40,134 bases of DNA from a virus, in UHGV virus genome UHGV-0210680. One strand, given 5' to 3'. The position numbers and the translations under genes were made by a program. The notes under the pieces are model-generated. The model was not told where the DNA came from. It was given only the letters and a program-made list of their open reading frames with translations, and searched no databases. How positions within the stretch are numbered: the stretch's first letter is position 1; every line of letters begins with the position of its first letter. Positions 22,017-29,370 of this stretch are shown in pieces.

Positions 22017-22298
22017 TCATTTTTCCTCTTTTGGTTTATGAATCTGAATGGTCATGCCGCTTTGAGTGGTGACTACAATGACAGAACCTGGCTGAAGACT
22101 GTTAAGATTGAATGCTTCGTAAAACGAATCCAATGCCAGTGCTTTTTTATTCTTTCGGTTCCACCAACGCCATCCCTTGCTACAGGCTACACTGACAATC
22201 CACTGTCCACTCCTGTAAGCCATATAAAACCAGATGAGCAAAACCTGAAGGAATGCTATCCAGTCAATGATCGTATATTTCGCGAAGGAGTCCATCAC
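22017..22298 (-). CDS. hypothetical small membrane protein
   Basis: 93-aa ORF with a hydrophobic N-terminal segment (IIDWIAFLQVLLIWFYMAY); start overlaps the upstream gene's stop. Confidence 0.4.
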   Translation of the reverse strand: MMDSFAKYTIIDWIAFLQVLLIWFYMAYRSGQWIVSVACSKGWRWWNRKNKKALALDSFYEAFNLNSLQPGSVIVVTTQSGMTIQIHKPKEEK

Positions 22299-22591
22299 TT
22301 CACCTCCTGCGGAGTAGCCTTTACAAGCACTGGTGTAAATCCATCTTCATTAAGGTTATGAATATAGACTTCTGTTCTCCTGCGCTCTTCAACGTTTAAT
22401 ATGGTTTCTGGATCATAAACCCATACTTTCATTCGACTATTCCATGAAGAAATCGCTTCAGATTTAGTTCGTTTTTCTGGTCCTTGGGCACCACATGTGC
22501 ATGACACATAGCGCATTTTCCCTCTGATACTGAATGAGTATCCGATGTTAAGCACAGTGGAACCACAGAATGGGCAGCGATAGAGATTCAT
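22295..22591 (-). CDS. Lar-family restriction alleviation protein (zinc ribbon)
   Basis: N-terminus MNLYRCPFCG...(22 aa)...CTCGAQGP....TKSEAISSWNSR has the Lar/RalR-family signature of two Cys pairs plus the EAI..WN.R motif; C-terminal ~40 aa extension. Confidence 0.6.
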   Translation of the reverse strand: MNLYRCPFCGSTVLNIGYSFSIRGKMRYVSCTCGAQGPEKRTKSEAISSWNSRMKVWVYDPETILNVEERRRTEVYIHNLNEDGFTPVLVKATPQEVK

Positions 22592-23067
22592 AAATCATCC
22601 ACCTTAGGCGCAGCTGAGACAGCAACATTCCAGAACTCAGAAAACATATTGTATGCACCAGATAGATTGGAAGTGGCATACCCTCCAAGCTCACTTCTAA
22701 TCTGAACGGCTCTCATCATTTCCGGCGTTAACTCCTTCGGCACCATAACCCAACCATCCGGAGTTACCGGCACTGGCTTGGCGGTATAAAGCGGTGTTAT
22801 ATCTGCCCGAAAATTACATGCTTTATGCAGCCGCCCCCACCGTTCGACTTCTGCTTTGTCAGAATACATACCAGTGAACGTGTTATATTCACGGTCAATT
22901 TGCGTGAAAGTTATCTTCCACGCCACCGTCTCTGCTTCCAACGATGCCAGTGCAATCCGTGCCAGTTCTTCCGCTTCTTCTGCTGGCAGTACAACGTTGC
23001 TACCAGGTCCGTATGTTTCGCGCCACTGCTGGATTGTCAGTAGGCGTTCTTTGGTAATAGTGATCAT
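22588..23067 (-). CDS. hypothetical protein
   Basis: 159-aa ORF translationally coupled (4-nt overlaps) to its neighbours in the leftward early operon. Confidence 0.45.
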   Translation of the reverse strand: MITITKERLLTIQQWRETYGPGSNVVLPAEEAEELARIALASLEAETVAWKITFTQIDREYNTFTGMYSDKAEVERWGRLHKACNFRADITPLYTAKPVPVTPDGWVMVPKELTPEMMRAVQIRSELGGYATSNLSGAYNMFSEFWNVAVSAAPKVDDL

Positions 23068-23579
23068 GCTGCGTTTCCTTCTTTCTTATTAACAATTACA
23101 CCGTCATATATTTCATTAAGGTGCCCTCTCAACTCCATGCGCCTTAATGCAGATAACATGTAATCGCATTCAACCTGCTTATTTCCAGTAAATGGCTTAT
23201 CGTCAGGATTACTCCAACAGCAATTACCCTTGGGCCACCCATGTACTTTCCGTACTCTTCCGTTAACAACGTGAAGTAATCCCCAGCCAGGTGGTAAATC
23301 CTCAATTGAAATAATTCCCGGCTCACTAATAAAGAATCGCCAGTCGCCCATTCCAAGAGACGGATTTTTACGAAAACGCTTTTTTCTATCTGCCAACAAG
23401 TCAGCACGAGAACACTTCGCCTCTATCAGGCATGATGCTGAATTTCTGAATCCCATAGCATCTGGCTGTTCTCCGGTACTGGTTACAGCTATAAAGCGGT
23501 CATGAAAACAAACCTTGAACCCGTTGCGCTTAAGGAACTTGTACGCAATCTGACAGAGTTCGCAGTGTGTTAACGCCAT
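23064..23579 (-). CDS. hypothetical protein, possible PD-(D/E)xK-type nuclease
   Basis: 171 aa from the ATG at 23579 (MALTHCELCQ...); contains a D...(17 aa)...E-A-K arrangement (FHD...CLIEAK) reminiscent of a PD-(D/E)xK core. Weak, motif-level only. Confidence 0.4.
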   Translation of the reverse strand: MALTHCELCQIAYKFLKRNGFKVCFHDRFIAVTSTGEQPDAMGFRNSASCLIEAKCSRADLLADRKKRFRKNPSLGMGDWRFFISEPGIISIEDLPPGWGLLHVVNGRVRKVHGWPKGNCCWSNPDDKPFTGNKQVECDYMLSALRRMELRGHLNEIYDGVIVNKKEGNAA

Positions 23580-23580
23580 A

Positions 23581-24015
23581 TCACTCTCCTTTGATGCGAA
23601 TGCCAGTAGCGCGGATTGCATCGATGACTTCAGAAACTTTGTATGCCATTACCGTTTGGTAATCATCGTGAAAATCTGTTCGATGAAGCATGCTGCTACG
23701 TTCCGGGAGCAGTATTTCCCGCACCTCCAGTTCTGCTATGCGCTTTTTTGCTGTTTCCAGCTCGCCCAGCAGCGCTAAGACGGTAGCCGGATTGGCTGCA
23801 GCGATGAATTCAGCATTGGCCTGCTGTTCCATTTGGAAATCTTCATCGAAACCGCTTTCAGGATGCGCTCCTTCAATTCTGCAAATGGGAATATATCCAA
23901 CAACGTCACGATGAATTAGCGCATCATCACAATCAAATCTCTCCTCTCCATATTCGAGCGACCACACCCCCCCACGTTTCTTTTTCTGCCTTTTCACGCA
24001 GTGCCTGATAGTCAA
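23581..24015 (-). CDS. Ead/Ea22-like early protein
   Basis: 144-aa ORF with the NAEFIAAANPATVLALLGELE motif that I associate with the Ead/Ea22-like prophage family; a related motif recurs in ORF 27996..28292. Confidence 0.5.
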   Translation of the reverse strand: MTIRHCVKRQKKKRGGVWSLEYGEERFDCDDALIHRDVVGYIPICRIEGAHPESGFDEDFQMEQQANAEFIAAANPATVLALLGELETAKKRIAELEVREILLPERSSMLHRTDFHDDYQTVMAYKVSEVIDAIRATGIRIKGE

Positions 24016-24026
24016 TCTTGCTCATA

Positions 24027-24347
24027 TCACATCACCCTGAATCCGTTGCATTTACGTAAGAAATCGCAGATGTAGCCCTTCATTTTTTCATGCCAATCTC
24101 GATCATTCCCATTGCACCAACCATCAGGTGGAGTCCAGTTTTCTATCAGAGCAGCCATTTTCTTTGCTTTCGCCGGAGTAGCTGTTGCGGTATCGCAGTA
24201 ATGACGAGTGTCAACCAACGCATCCATACCATCGATATCAAGTACGCAAAACCATGTGTGATTCGGAATTCCTACAGGTGGTATTTGTTGCCCACGTCGA
24301 CGTTTATCAATAAGATATACACTCACTGCTTGCCTCCTTTGCGCCAC
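24027..24347 (-). CDS. hypothetical protein
   Basis: 106-aa ORF in the leftward early operon; the start is uncertain. Confidence 0.4.
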   Translation of the reverse strand: MAQRRQAVSVYLIDKRRRGQQIPPVGIPNHTWFCVLDIDGMDALVDTRHYCDTATATPAKAKKMAALIENWTPPDGWCNGNDRDWHEKMKGYICDFLRKCNGFRVM

Positions 24348-24508
24348 ATCGCATTCAGATATTTGTTTTGATTTACTGATGGAAAAGAATTTCTCTTAAG
24401 CAATTCCTCTCTCGATGGCATTGGCTTTACGCGTTGGCGAATAATCATTTCTGCCGGAAGAATGCCTGGATTGTATGCAAGTCCTCTCATGGTAAATTCC
24501 TCAGTCAT
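24323..24508 (-). CDS. hypothetical small protein
   Basis: An internal ATG ([15 protein letters not shown]...) of ORF 24323..24643 gives a 61-aa product with minimal overlap with the upstream gene; the longer N-terminal extension overlaps ORF 24501..24797 heavily. Confidence 0.3.
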   Translation of the reverse strand: MTEEFTMRGLAYNPGILPAEMIIRQRVKPMPSREELLKRNSFPSVNQNKYLNAMWRKGGKQ

Positions 24509-24797
24509 TACTGATAGCGCCATAGCGTGAGCGGTAATTACGCAGGCGCGGGTCGATATATTCAGGGAAGTGGGTATATGTGGCTTTGCGGAATGGTCGG
24601 ATTGATGTCTGGTAAATTCGCTCGCGCTCTTCTTTCTCTGCAAGCCATATACAATGGCGAAATTCCTTTTCCTCTTTCGTTTCCTGCGGTAGAGACATTA
24701 TTCGATCGTAGTTTTTTCTGAATTTATCCAGCACTTCCGATACGGAATTGCCGGAACAGCGGCGTGGGTCATCCGCACCATACAGAGGCGCTGGCAT
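24501..24797 (-). CDS. hypothetical protein
   Basis: 98-aa ORF immediately downstream of the SSB-like gene in the same operon. Confidence 0.45.
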   Translation of the reverse strand: MPAPLYGADDPRRCSGNSVSEVLDKFRKNYDRIMSLPQETKEEKEFRHCIWLAEKEERERIYQTSIRPFRKATYTHFPEYIDPRLRNYRSRYGAISND

Positions 24798-24820
24798 AAT
24801 GGAATCCTTATGTTGCTACT

Positions 24821-25204
24821 TTAGAAGGGAATTGAATCGTCGTATTCAGGATGATTTTGATGATTGCTACTTTGCTGCTGTTGGCTGTTTCCTGAAGTTG
24901 CAAATCCAATCTTTGCATTCAGTAATTCAAGAGTGATTGATTGACCATTTTGCCCCTGATAAACATCAACCCTGATGTTTTCTCCGGTAATTTCTACAAT
25001 GCCACCTTCAACAAGAACACTACGGTAGTAATCCGCTTGCGCTCCCGGCTTGGCAAATACAACGGCGCTGTAGTTTGTCCATTCTTTCTTTTTTGTCTGG
25101 CGATCGTAATACTGAACGCCAGCACGGATGTTGAATCCGATATTTTCCCCGGCCTGAAACTCTCTTGCGGGCTTGTTTAGTCTTACAGTAATCGAATGTG
25201 CCAT
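24821..25204 (-). CDS. single-stranded DNA-binding protein (phage SSB-like)
   Basis: 127 aa from the ATG at 25204 (overlaps the erf stop as TAATG); beta-rich OB-fold-like core, a Q/S-rich linker and a C-terminal acidic tip ...EYDDSIPF resembling the SSB DDDIPF tail. Confidence 0.65.
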   Translation of the reverse strand: MAHSITVRLNKPAREFQAGENIGFNIRAGVQYYDRQTKKKEWTNYSAVVFAKPGAQADYYRSVLVEGGIVEITGENIRVDVYQGQNGQSITLELLNAKIGFATSGNSQQQQSSNHQNHPEYDDSIPF

Positions 25205-25809
25205 TAAGCAGCCGCTCCTTCTAATTCGTCTCGTCTGATGTTGTAAACGTCCTGCGCTTTGTGCTGCTCCGGTGTGCCTTCGAGCATCTTCCACGCTTTG
25301 GCGAACGCCTGTTTAAGCTCTTCCACGGTGTTTTTCTGCATTGCTGCGTCAGTGAATGCTTTTAGAACCTGTTCAGGTGTAGGTGATGGTTTTGATTGCT
25401 TTGCTGCTGCGTTCTGCTGATGTTTATGCTCGTCTGTATCTGCATCTTTCGCATCATCAATGCCGAATAAACCATTGAGGCAATACTTGCGTGCATAAGA
25501 GCTTGTAGCTCCCGTAACTTGTGCAGAATCCATTCCTTTCTTGCTTTCTTCCTCTCGTGCAAGAGCGGTTGCCGTATGACTGTTTTCGCCATCGGTAATA
25601 GTTGCCGTGGCTTTCACGTAATACCGATCACCAATCAACACAACTTCATCGCTGATTGATAAAAACAGGCCATTCAGTAACGGCTTAACGCCTTCAAGAA
25701 TGTCTTCGCAGCTTCTGTATTTATATTTGCCGAATGAGTTGTACTGATTCTTTGGCGCGTTCAGATTCTCCTGAATAGCTGCCAGTCTTGCGTAAAATTC
25801 TTTGCTCAT
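25204..25809 (-). CDS. erf: Erf single-strand annealing recombinase
   Basis: From the ATG at 25809: MSKEFYARLAAIQENLNAPKNQYNSFGKYKYRSCEDILEGVKPLL.GLFLSISDE.VLIGDRYYVKATATITDGENSH... is near-identical to P22 Erf as recalled. Confidence 0.9.
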   Translation of the reverse strand: MSKEFYARLAAIQENLNAPKNQYNSFGKYKYRSCEDILEGVKPLLNGLFLSISDEVVLIGDRYYVKATATITDGENSHTATALAREEESKKGMDSAQVTGATSSYARKYCLNGLFGIDDAKDADTDEHKHQQNAAAKQSKPSPTPEQVLKAFTDAAMQKNTVEELKQAFAKAWKMLEGTPEQHKAQDVYNIRRDELEGAAA

Positions 25810-25910
25810 ATGATTGTTCTCAGAATGGACACGGCCCAAGGAAATAACGCTGATTTAATACTTCGACTCGTGACAAATTAAGGCATACCCGCATTCCTTC
25901 GCGGTCACCA

Positions 25911-26069
25911 TTATGGCGATACCAGAGAGCTTTCTGCGTGTACATGCGTCTCTGTAACTTGCTCTCCTTCACTGTGGTTGCAAGTGACATGAATATCTCC
26001 TTCGTTACCGATTAAATCTTTCATCTGACGAATGAATTCTTCGTCTGACCAGTTATCTGTAAAACTCAT
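25911..26069 (-). CDS. Arf-like small protein (position of P22 arf)
   Basis: 52-aa ORF (MSFTDNWSDEEFIRQMKDLIGNEGDIH...) found by manual translation between erf and kil; its start overlaps the kil stop (ATGA). Below the ORF-track size cutoff. Confidence 0.45.
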   Translation of the reverse strand: MSFTDNWSDEEFIRQMKDLIGNEGDIHVTCNHSEGEQVTETHVHAESSLVSP

Positions 26070-26188
26070 TTCCTGCGATACCACGGAAGGTTGATAGCTG
26101 ATTTCATCGCTTTATTTGCTTCAAGCCACATTTTTGAATCACCAATAAATCTGGCTATTACTGCTTTGTTTTGTGCTGCACGAAGCAT
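26066..26188 (-). CDS. kil: Kil-like host-killing (FtsZ-inhibiting) small protein
   Basis: 40-aa ORF MLRAAQNKAVIARFIGDSKMWLEANKAMKSAINLPWYRRK, found by manual translation; the FIGD.KM..EA segment resembles lambda Kil; sits immediately downstream of cIII as in lambda. Confidence 0.55.
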   Translation of the reverse strand: MLRAAQNKAVIARFIGDSKMWLEANKAMKSAINLPWYRRK

Positions 26189-26202
26189 CTGGTGATTGAT
26201 GG

Positions 26203-26334
26203 CTATTTCATTGCGCATAATAAGACCTCAACTCTTTTCCATCCGTCACGTAATTTACGGGTGATTCGTTCAAGTAAAGATTCATTTAATTGGAAGGCAC
26301 CCATGCGAGCGCCTCCCGCGATTGCGTAAATCAT
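26203..26334 (-). CDS. cIII: CIII protease-inhibitor (lysogeny-promoting) protein
   Basis: 43-aa ORF MIYAIAGGARMGAFQLNESLLERITRKLRDGWKRVEVLLCAMK; the core ESLLERITRKLRDGWKR is identical to lambda CIII as recalled. Confidence 0.85.
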   Translation of the reverse strand: MIYAIAGGARMGAFQLNESLLERITRKLRDGWKRVEVLLCAMK

Positions 26335-26358
26335 GGGTGGTTCCTTATGTTGGTTTTA

Positions 26359-27327
26359 TTAGTAGGTTATTTTTGTTGCGAATACTTCGCCTTTTACGAT
26401 GGCTGTTATGATATTTTTAGCAACATCTTCTGATGCACCAACCTTGATAAGGTCAGCAAGTATTTTGTTATTTACTTCTTTCCGGTGAGCTTTATCCTTT
26501 GCTCTACGCTCTTCTTCTTCCTTGATTCTTTTTTCTTCTGCTATTCTGGCTTGCTCTTTTGCTTCAGCCTCGCGCCGGATTCGTTCAGCCTCCTCCTGTG
26601 CTTTTCGGCGTTCTGCTTCAATTGCCGCCTGCTTTTCTCTTTCAGCTCGTTCTGCTGCCTCTTTTGCTTCGCGCTGTGCTCGTTTCTCGGCTTCAATGCG
26701 TTCACGCTCTGCACGTTCCGCTGCGGCCTTAGCTTCTGCTTCTCGCCTTGCTGCTGCTTCAATTTCGGCTTTTGCCTTTGCTTCTGCTTCTGCTCTGGCT
26801 CTCTCTTCAGCTTCTCTTTTTAAGCGTTCTTCATGCTCTCGCTTTTCCCGCTCCGCTTTGAGTCTTGCCTCTTCTCTTTGGCGGTCAAATTCGCGATCCA
26901 TCAAAATCGCTATTTCATGGTCAGACTCAATTTGCTTTGCGAGAGCTTCAGCTGCTGCCTTAGCTTCTTCTTCGGATTTAATCCGCGCCTGTTCTTCCTC
27001 ATAATCAGTAAGAGGCTGGCGCGCCTTGGCTTTCAGTTCATCAAGGCGATCGCGCACTGTCTTGCGGTTGGCATCAATTAGCTTTGGAATTTCCTTCAGT
27101 TCAGCAACAAGGTCTTTGCCAAGACCATCGAGATATGTTTTCGTCTGCGCAACTTTATACGCCAGAGAAGCGATCTCCTTTCTGCCCTTTGCCGTTGTGA
27201 TATCAGGCACAAAGGACATAACTTCACGTTCAACCTTTTGAAGGATTTCTTCAATCTGGTCGGCAGACTGAAATACAGTCATTGCATTTGCTTTTTCAAT
27301 AACAACTAAATCTGTTACTTCACTCAT
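26359..27327 (-). CDS. hypothetical protein with long E/R/K/A-rich helical (coiled-coil or single alpha-helix) region
   Basis: 322-aa ORF: a globular N-terminal ~110 aa, then ~170 aa made almost only of E, A, R, K (EAERRA/AEAKA-type repeats), then a ~40-aa C-terminal domain. Lies in the pL operon where lambda carries ea10. Confidence 0.6.
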   Translation of the reverse strand: MSEVTDLVVIEKANAMTVFQSADQIEEILQKVEREVMSFVPDITTAKGRKEIASLAYKVAQTKTYLDGLGKDLVAELKEIPKLIDANRKTVRDRLDELKAKARQPLTDYEEEQARIKSEEEAKAAAEALAKQIESDHEIAILMDREFDRQREEARLKAEREKREHEERLKREAEERARAEAEAKAKAEIEAAARREAEAKAAAERAERERIEAEKRAQREAKEAAERAEREKQAAIEAERRKAQEEAERIRREAEAKEQARIAEEKRIKEEEERRAKDKAHRKEVNNKILADLIKVGASEDVAKNIITAIVKGEVFATKITY

Positions 27328-27362
27328 ATATCCTCCTTAATTTGTATGCGTCAAATCCGCGC

Positions 27363-27674
27363 TCAGGCTGCTGAGGTTTCTTCTTTCAGGCTTTCGATAT
27401 ATTTACGTGGGTCGTCGTAACATTGGCATTCGCTGTACCAATCTACCCAGCGATCCGTAAGCTCCATCTCTGATAAATCTTCATCAGTAAGGCTCTCATC
27501 CCACATCTCAAGGCCGTTAGCATTGCAGTAGTCAGGCTTGATGTTGTTGTCATACTGAAAGGCATCATAATCAGCCAGTGCATCCATCAGGCGAACACCC
27601 TCTTCAACACTTGCCACTTCTACAATGAACGGCTTCATAGGTACTTGCGGGATATGCCAGACACGTAATTTCAT
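27363..27674 (-). CDS. hypothetical acidic protein
   Basis: 103-aa ORF in the pL operon with a good coding appearance; no family recognised. Confidence 0.45.
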   Translation of the reverse strand: MKLRVWHIPQVPMKPFIVEVASVEEGVRLMDALADYDAFQYDNNIKPDYCNANGLEMWDESLTDEDLSEMELTDRWVDWYSECQCYDDPRKYIESLKEETSAA

Positions 27675-27807
27675 ATATCCTCCGTCAAAAAAATGCCCTC
27701 ACACTGGAGGGCAAAGAAGATTTCCAATAATCAGAACAAGTCGGCTCCTGTTTAGTTACGAGCGACATTGCTCCGTGTATTCACTCGTTGGAATGAATAC
27801 ACAGTGC

Positions 27808-27996
27808 TTATTCGTCATGCATTTCAGGTAATTCTTCGTATTCGACTCCCCATACGAGTTTACACCAAGTGACTCGCTCATATCTTTTACAAAAATCAGA
27901 CCACATAACTTGTGTTCCATCATGGTTTGTTATTACTTCTGTAATATCACCAACACTAACAAAACTGGTATTAGAAGCAGTTATTTTTACTTTCAT
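27808..27996 (-). CDS. hypothetical small protein
   Basis: 62-aa ORF; its stop abuts the start of ORF 27996..28292. Confidence 0.35.
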   Translation of the reverse strand: MKVKITASNTSFVSVGDITEVITNHDGTQVMWSDFCKRYERVTWCKLVWGVEYEELPEMHDE

Positions 27997-28292
27997 TACT
28001 TATCACCAAGAGCTTTTCTGATTGCTGCGATACCTTTATTAACAGCTCCATACCATTCTGGATATGTTGTCGTTGTTCTATTTTTGGTTTGCTTAAGTAA
28101 TAACTGAAGTGCTTCGAGAAGGTCAGGCGCTGCCGCTATTAGATTGGCATCTTCAATGCATTGAACTTCCTCACAGATTGCAATATACGAACGCCAGCCA
28201 GTGCCATTTTCAAGAGAGTCTGCCTGGATGATTTTAATCTCATCGCCATCCATCATTATTTCCCACTTACCTTCAGTACCTTTAAATTCCAT
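27996..28292 (-). CDS. hypothetical protein with Ead/Ea22-like motif
   Basis: 98-aa ORF; the DANLIAAAPDLLEALQLLL segment resembles the IAAA.P..L..L motif of ORF 23581..24015. Confidence 0.4.
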   Translation of the reverse strand: MEFKGTEGKWEIMMDGDEIKIIQADSLENGTGWRSYIAICEEVQCIEDANLIAAAPDLLEALQLLLKQTKNRTTTTYPEWYGAVNKGIAAIRKALGDK

Positions 28293-28331
28293 GTTAGCCT
28301 CTGTTGTTTATGCCAAAAATAAAGGCCACCA

Positions 28332-28532
28332 TCAGGCAGCCTTGTTATTCTGTTTACCAAGTTCTCTGGCAATCATTGCCGTCGTTCGTATTGCCCATTT
28401 ATCGACATATTTCCCATCCTCCATTACAGGAAACATTTCTTCAGGCTTAACCATGCATTCCGATTGCAGCTTGCATCCATTGCATCGTTTGAATTGTCCA
28501 CACCATTGATTCTTATCAATAGTCGTAGTCAT
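28332..28532 (-). CDS. ral: Ral restriction-alleviation protein
   Basis: 66-aa Cys-containing ORF (MTTTIDKNQWCGQFKRCNGCKLQSEC...) next to N in the pL operon, matching the size and position of lambda ral; sequence identity recalled but not verified. Confidence 0.65.
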   Translation of the reverse strand: MTTTIDKNQWCGQFKRCNGCKLQSECMVKPEEMFPVMEDGKYVDKWAIRTTAMIARELGKQNNKAA

Positions 28533-28610
28533 ATGGATAGTCCTGGTATTGTTCCATCACATCCTGCGGATGCTCTTCGAACTCTTCAAATTCTTCTTCC
28601 ATATCTCACC

Positions 28611-28937
28611 TCAAATAAGTGGTTTGCTGCCTAATTTCATTTTCTGGCGACCAACACAAGTCACACCCATTTCACTGCGTGGCTTGCTGTACCATGTGCG
28701 CTGATTCTTGCGTTCAATACGTTGCAGGTTGCTTTCAATCTGTTCGTGGTATTCAGCCAGCACCGTAAGGTCTATCGGATTCAGTGCGCTTTCTACTCGT
28801 GATTTCGGTTTGCGATTCAGCGAGAGAATAGGGCGGTTAACTGGTTTTGCGCTTACCCCAACCAACAGGGGATTTGCTGCTTTCCATTGAGCCTGTTTCT
28901 CTGCGCGACGTTCGCGGCGGCGTGTTTGTGCATCCAT
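28611..28937 (-). CDS. N: N antitermination protein
   Basis: From the ATG at 28937: MDAQTRRRERRAEKQAQWKAANPLLVGVSAKPVNRPILSLNRKPKSRVESALNPIDLTVLAEYH.QIESNLQRIERKNQRTWYSKP... matches lambda N, including the Arg-rich boxB-binding N-terminus. The track's upstream extension is not used. Confidence 0.92.
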   Translation of the reverse strand: MDAQTRRRERRAEKQAQWKAANPLLVGVSAKPVNRPILSLNRKPKSRVESALNPIDLTVLAEYHEQIESNLQRIERKNQRTWYSKPRSEMGVTCVGRQKMKLGSKPLI

Positions 28938-29047
28938 CTGGATTCTCCTGTCAGTTAGCTTTGAGTAACGCGCCGTGATGCTTATCTCCACGGTTGCTGT
29001 CTTGCAGCTGCATTTCGCGCTACTCAAAGCTTTCTGCTTTGAATGCT

Positions 29048-29080
29048 GCCCTTCTTCAGGGCTTAATTTTTAAGAGCCTC
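29048..29080 (-). promoter_or_regulatory. nutL site (boxB hairpin plus boxA-like element)
   Basis: The plus strand shows GCCCTTCTTCAGGGC at 29048..29062, the reverse complement of boxB GCCCTGAAGAAGGGC, followed by TTAAGAGCC; located between pL and N. Confidence 0.85.
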
Positions 29081-29119
29081 ACCTTCATGGTGGTCAGTGC
29101 GTCCTGCTGATGTGCTTAG

Positions 29120-29180
29120 TATCACCGCCAGTGGTATTTATGTCAACACCGCCAGAGATAATTTATCACCGCAGATGGTT
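29120..29180. promoter_or_regulatory. OL operators (OL1-OL3) overlapping leftward promoter pL
   Basis: Three 17-bp lambda-type operator sequences TATCACCGCCAGTGGTA (29120), CAACACCGCCAGAGATA (29144) and TATCACCGCAGATGGTT (29164); pL -35 and -10 hexamers (TTGACA and GATACT on the minus strand) overlap them. Confidence 0.85.
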
Positions 29181-29345
29181 ATCTGTATGTTTTTTATATA
29201 GATTTATTTTTTGCAGGGTTGTGTGGATTGGGAAGGTGATCGAGAGATCTGAATTGCGATGTTTAGTGAGTTGTATCTATTAATTTCAAAATAAATACAA
29301 TTGGTTATGTGTTCTTGGGTGAGGGGGATCGTGAGGCAAAGAAAA

Positions 29346-29363
29346 CCCGGCTCTGTGGCCGGG
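29346..29363 (-). terminator. rho-independent terminator (tIMM-like) ending the cI-proximal leftward operon
   Basis: CCCGGC-loop-GCCGGG hairpin followed on the minus strand by TTTTCTTTG, 8 nt downstream of the 310-aa ORF stop; positionally equivalent to lambda tIMM. Confidence 0.7.
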
Positions 29364-29370
29364 TGAGATA

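Noticed and set aside
26485-27081. Plus-strand ORFs 26485..26823, 26522..27004 and 26833..27081 with extreme S/A/F/C low complexity
   Set aside because: They are antisense shadows of the E/R/K/A-rich region of the 322-aa gene and are not independent genes.
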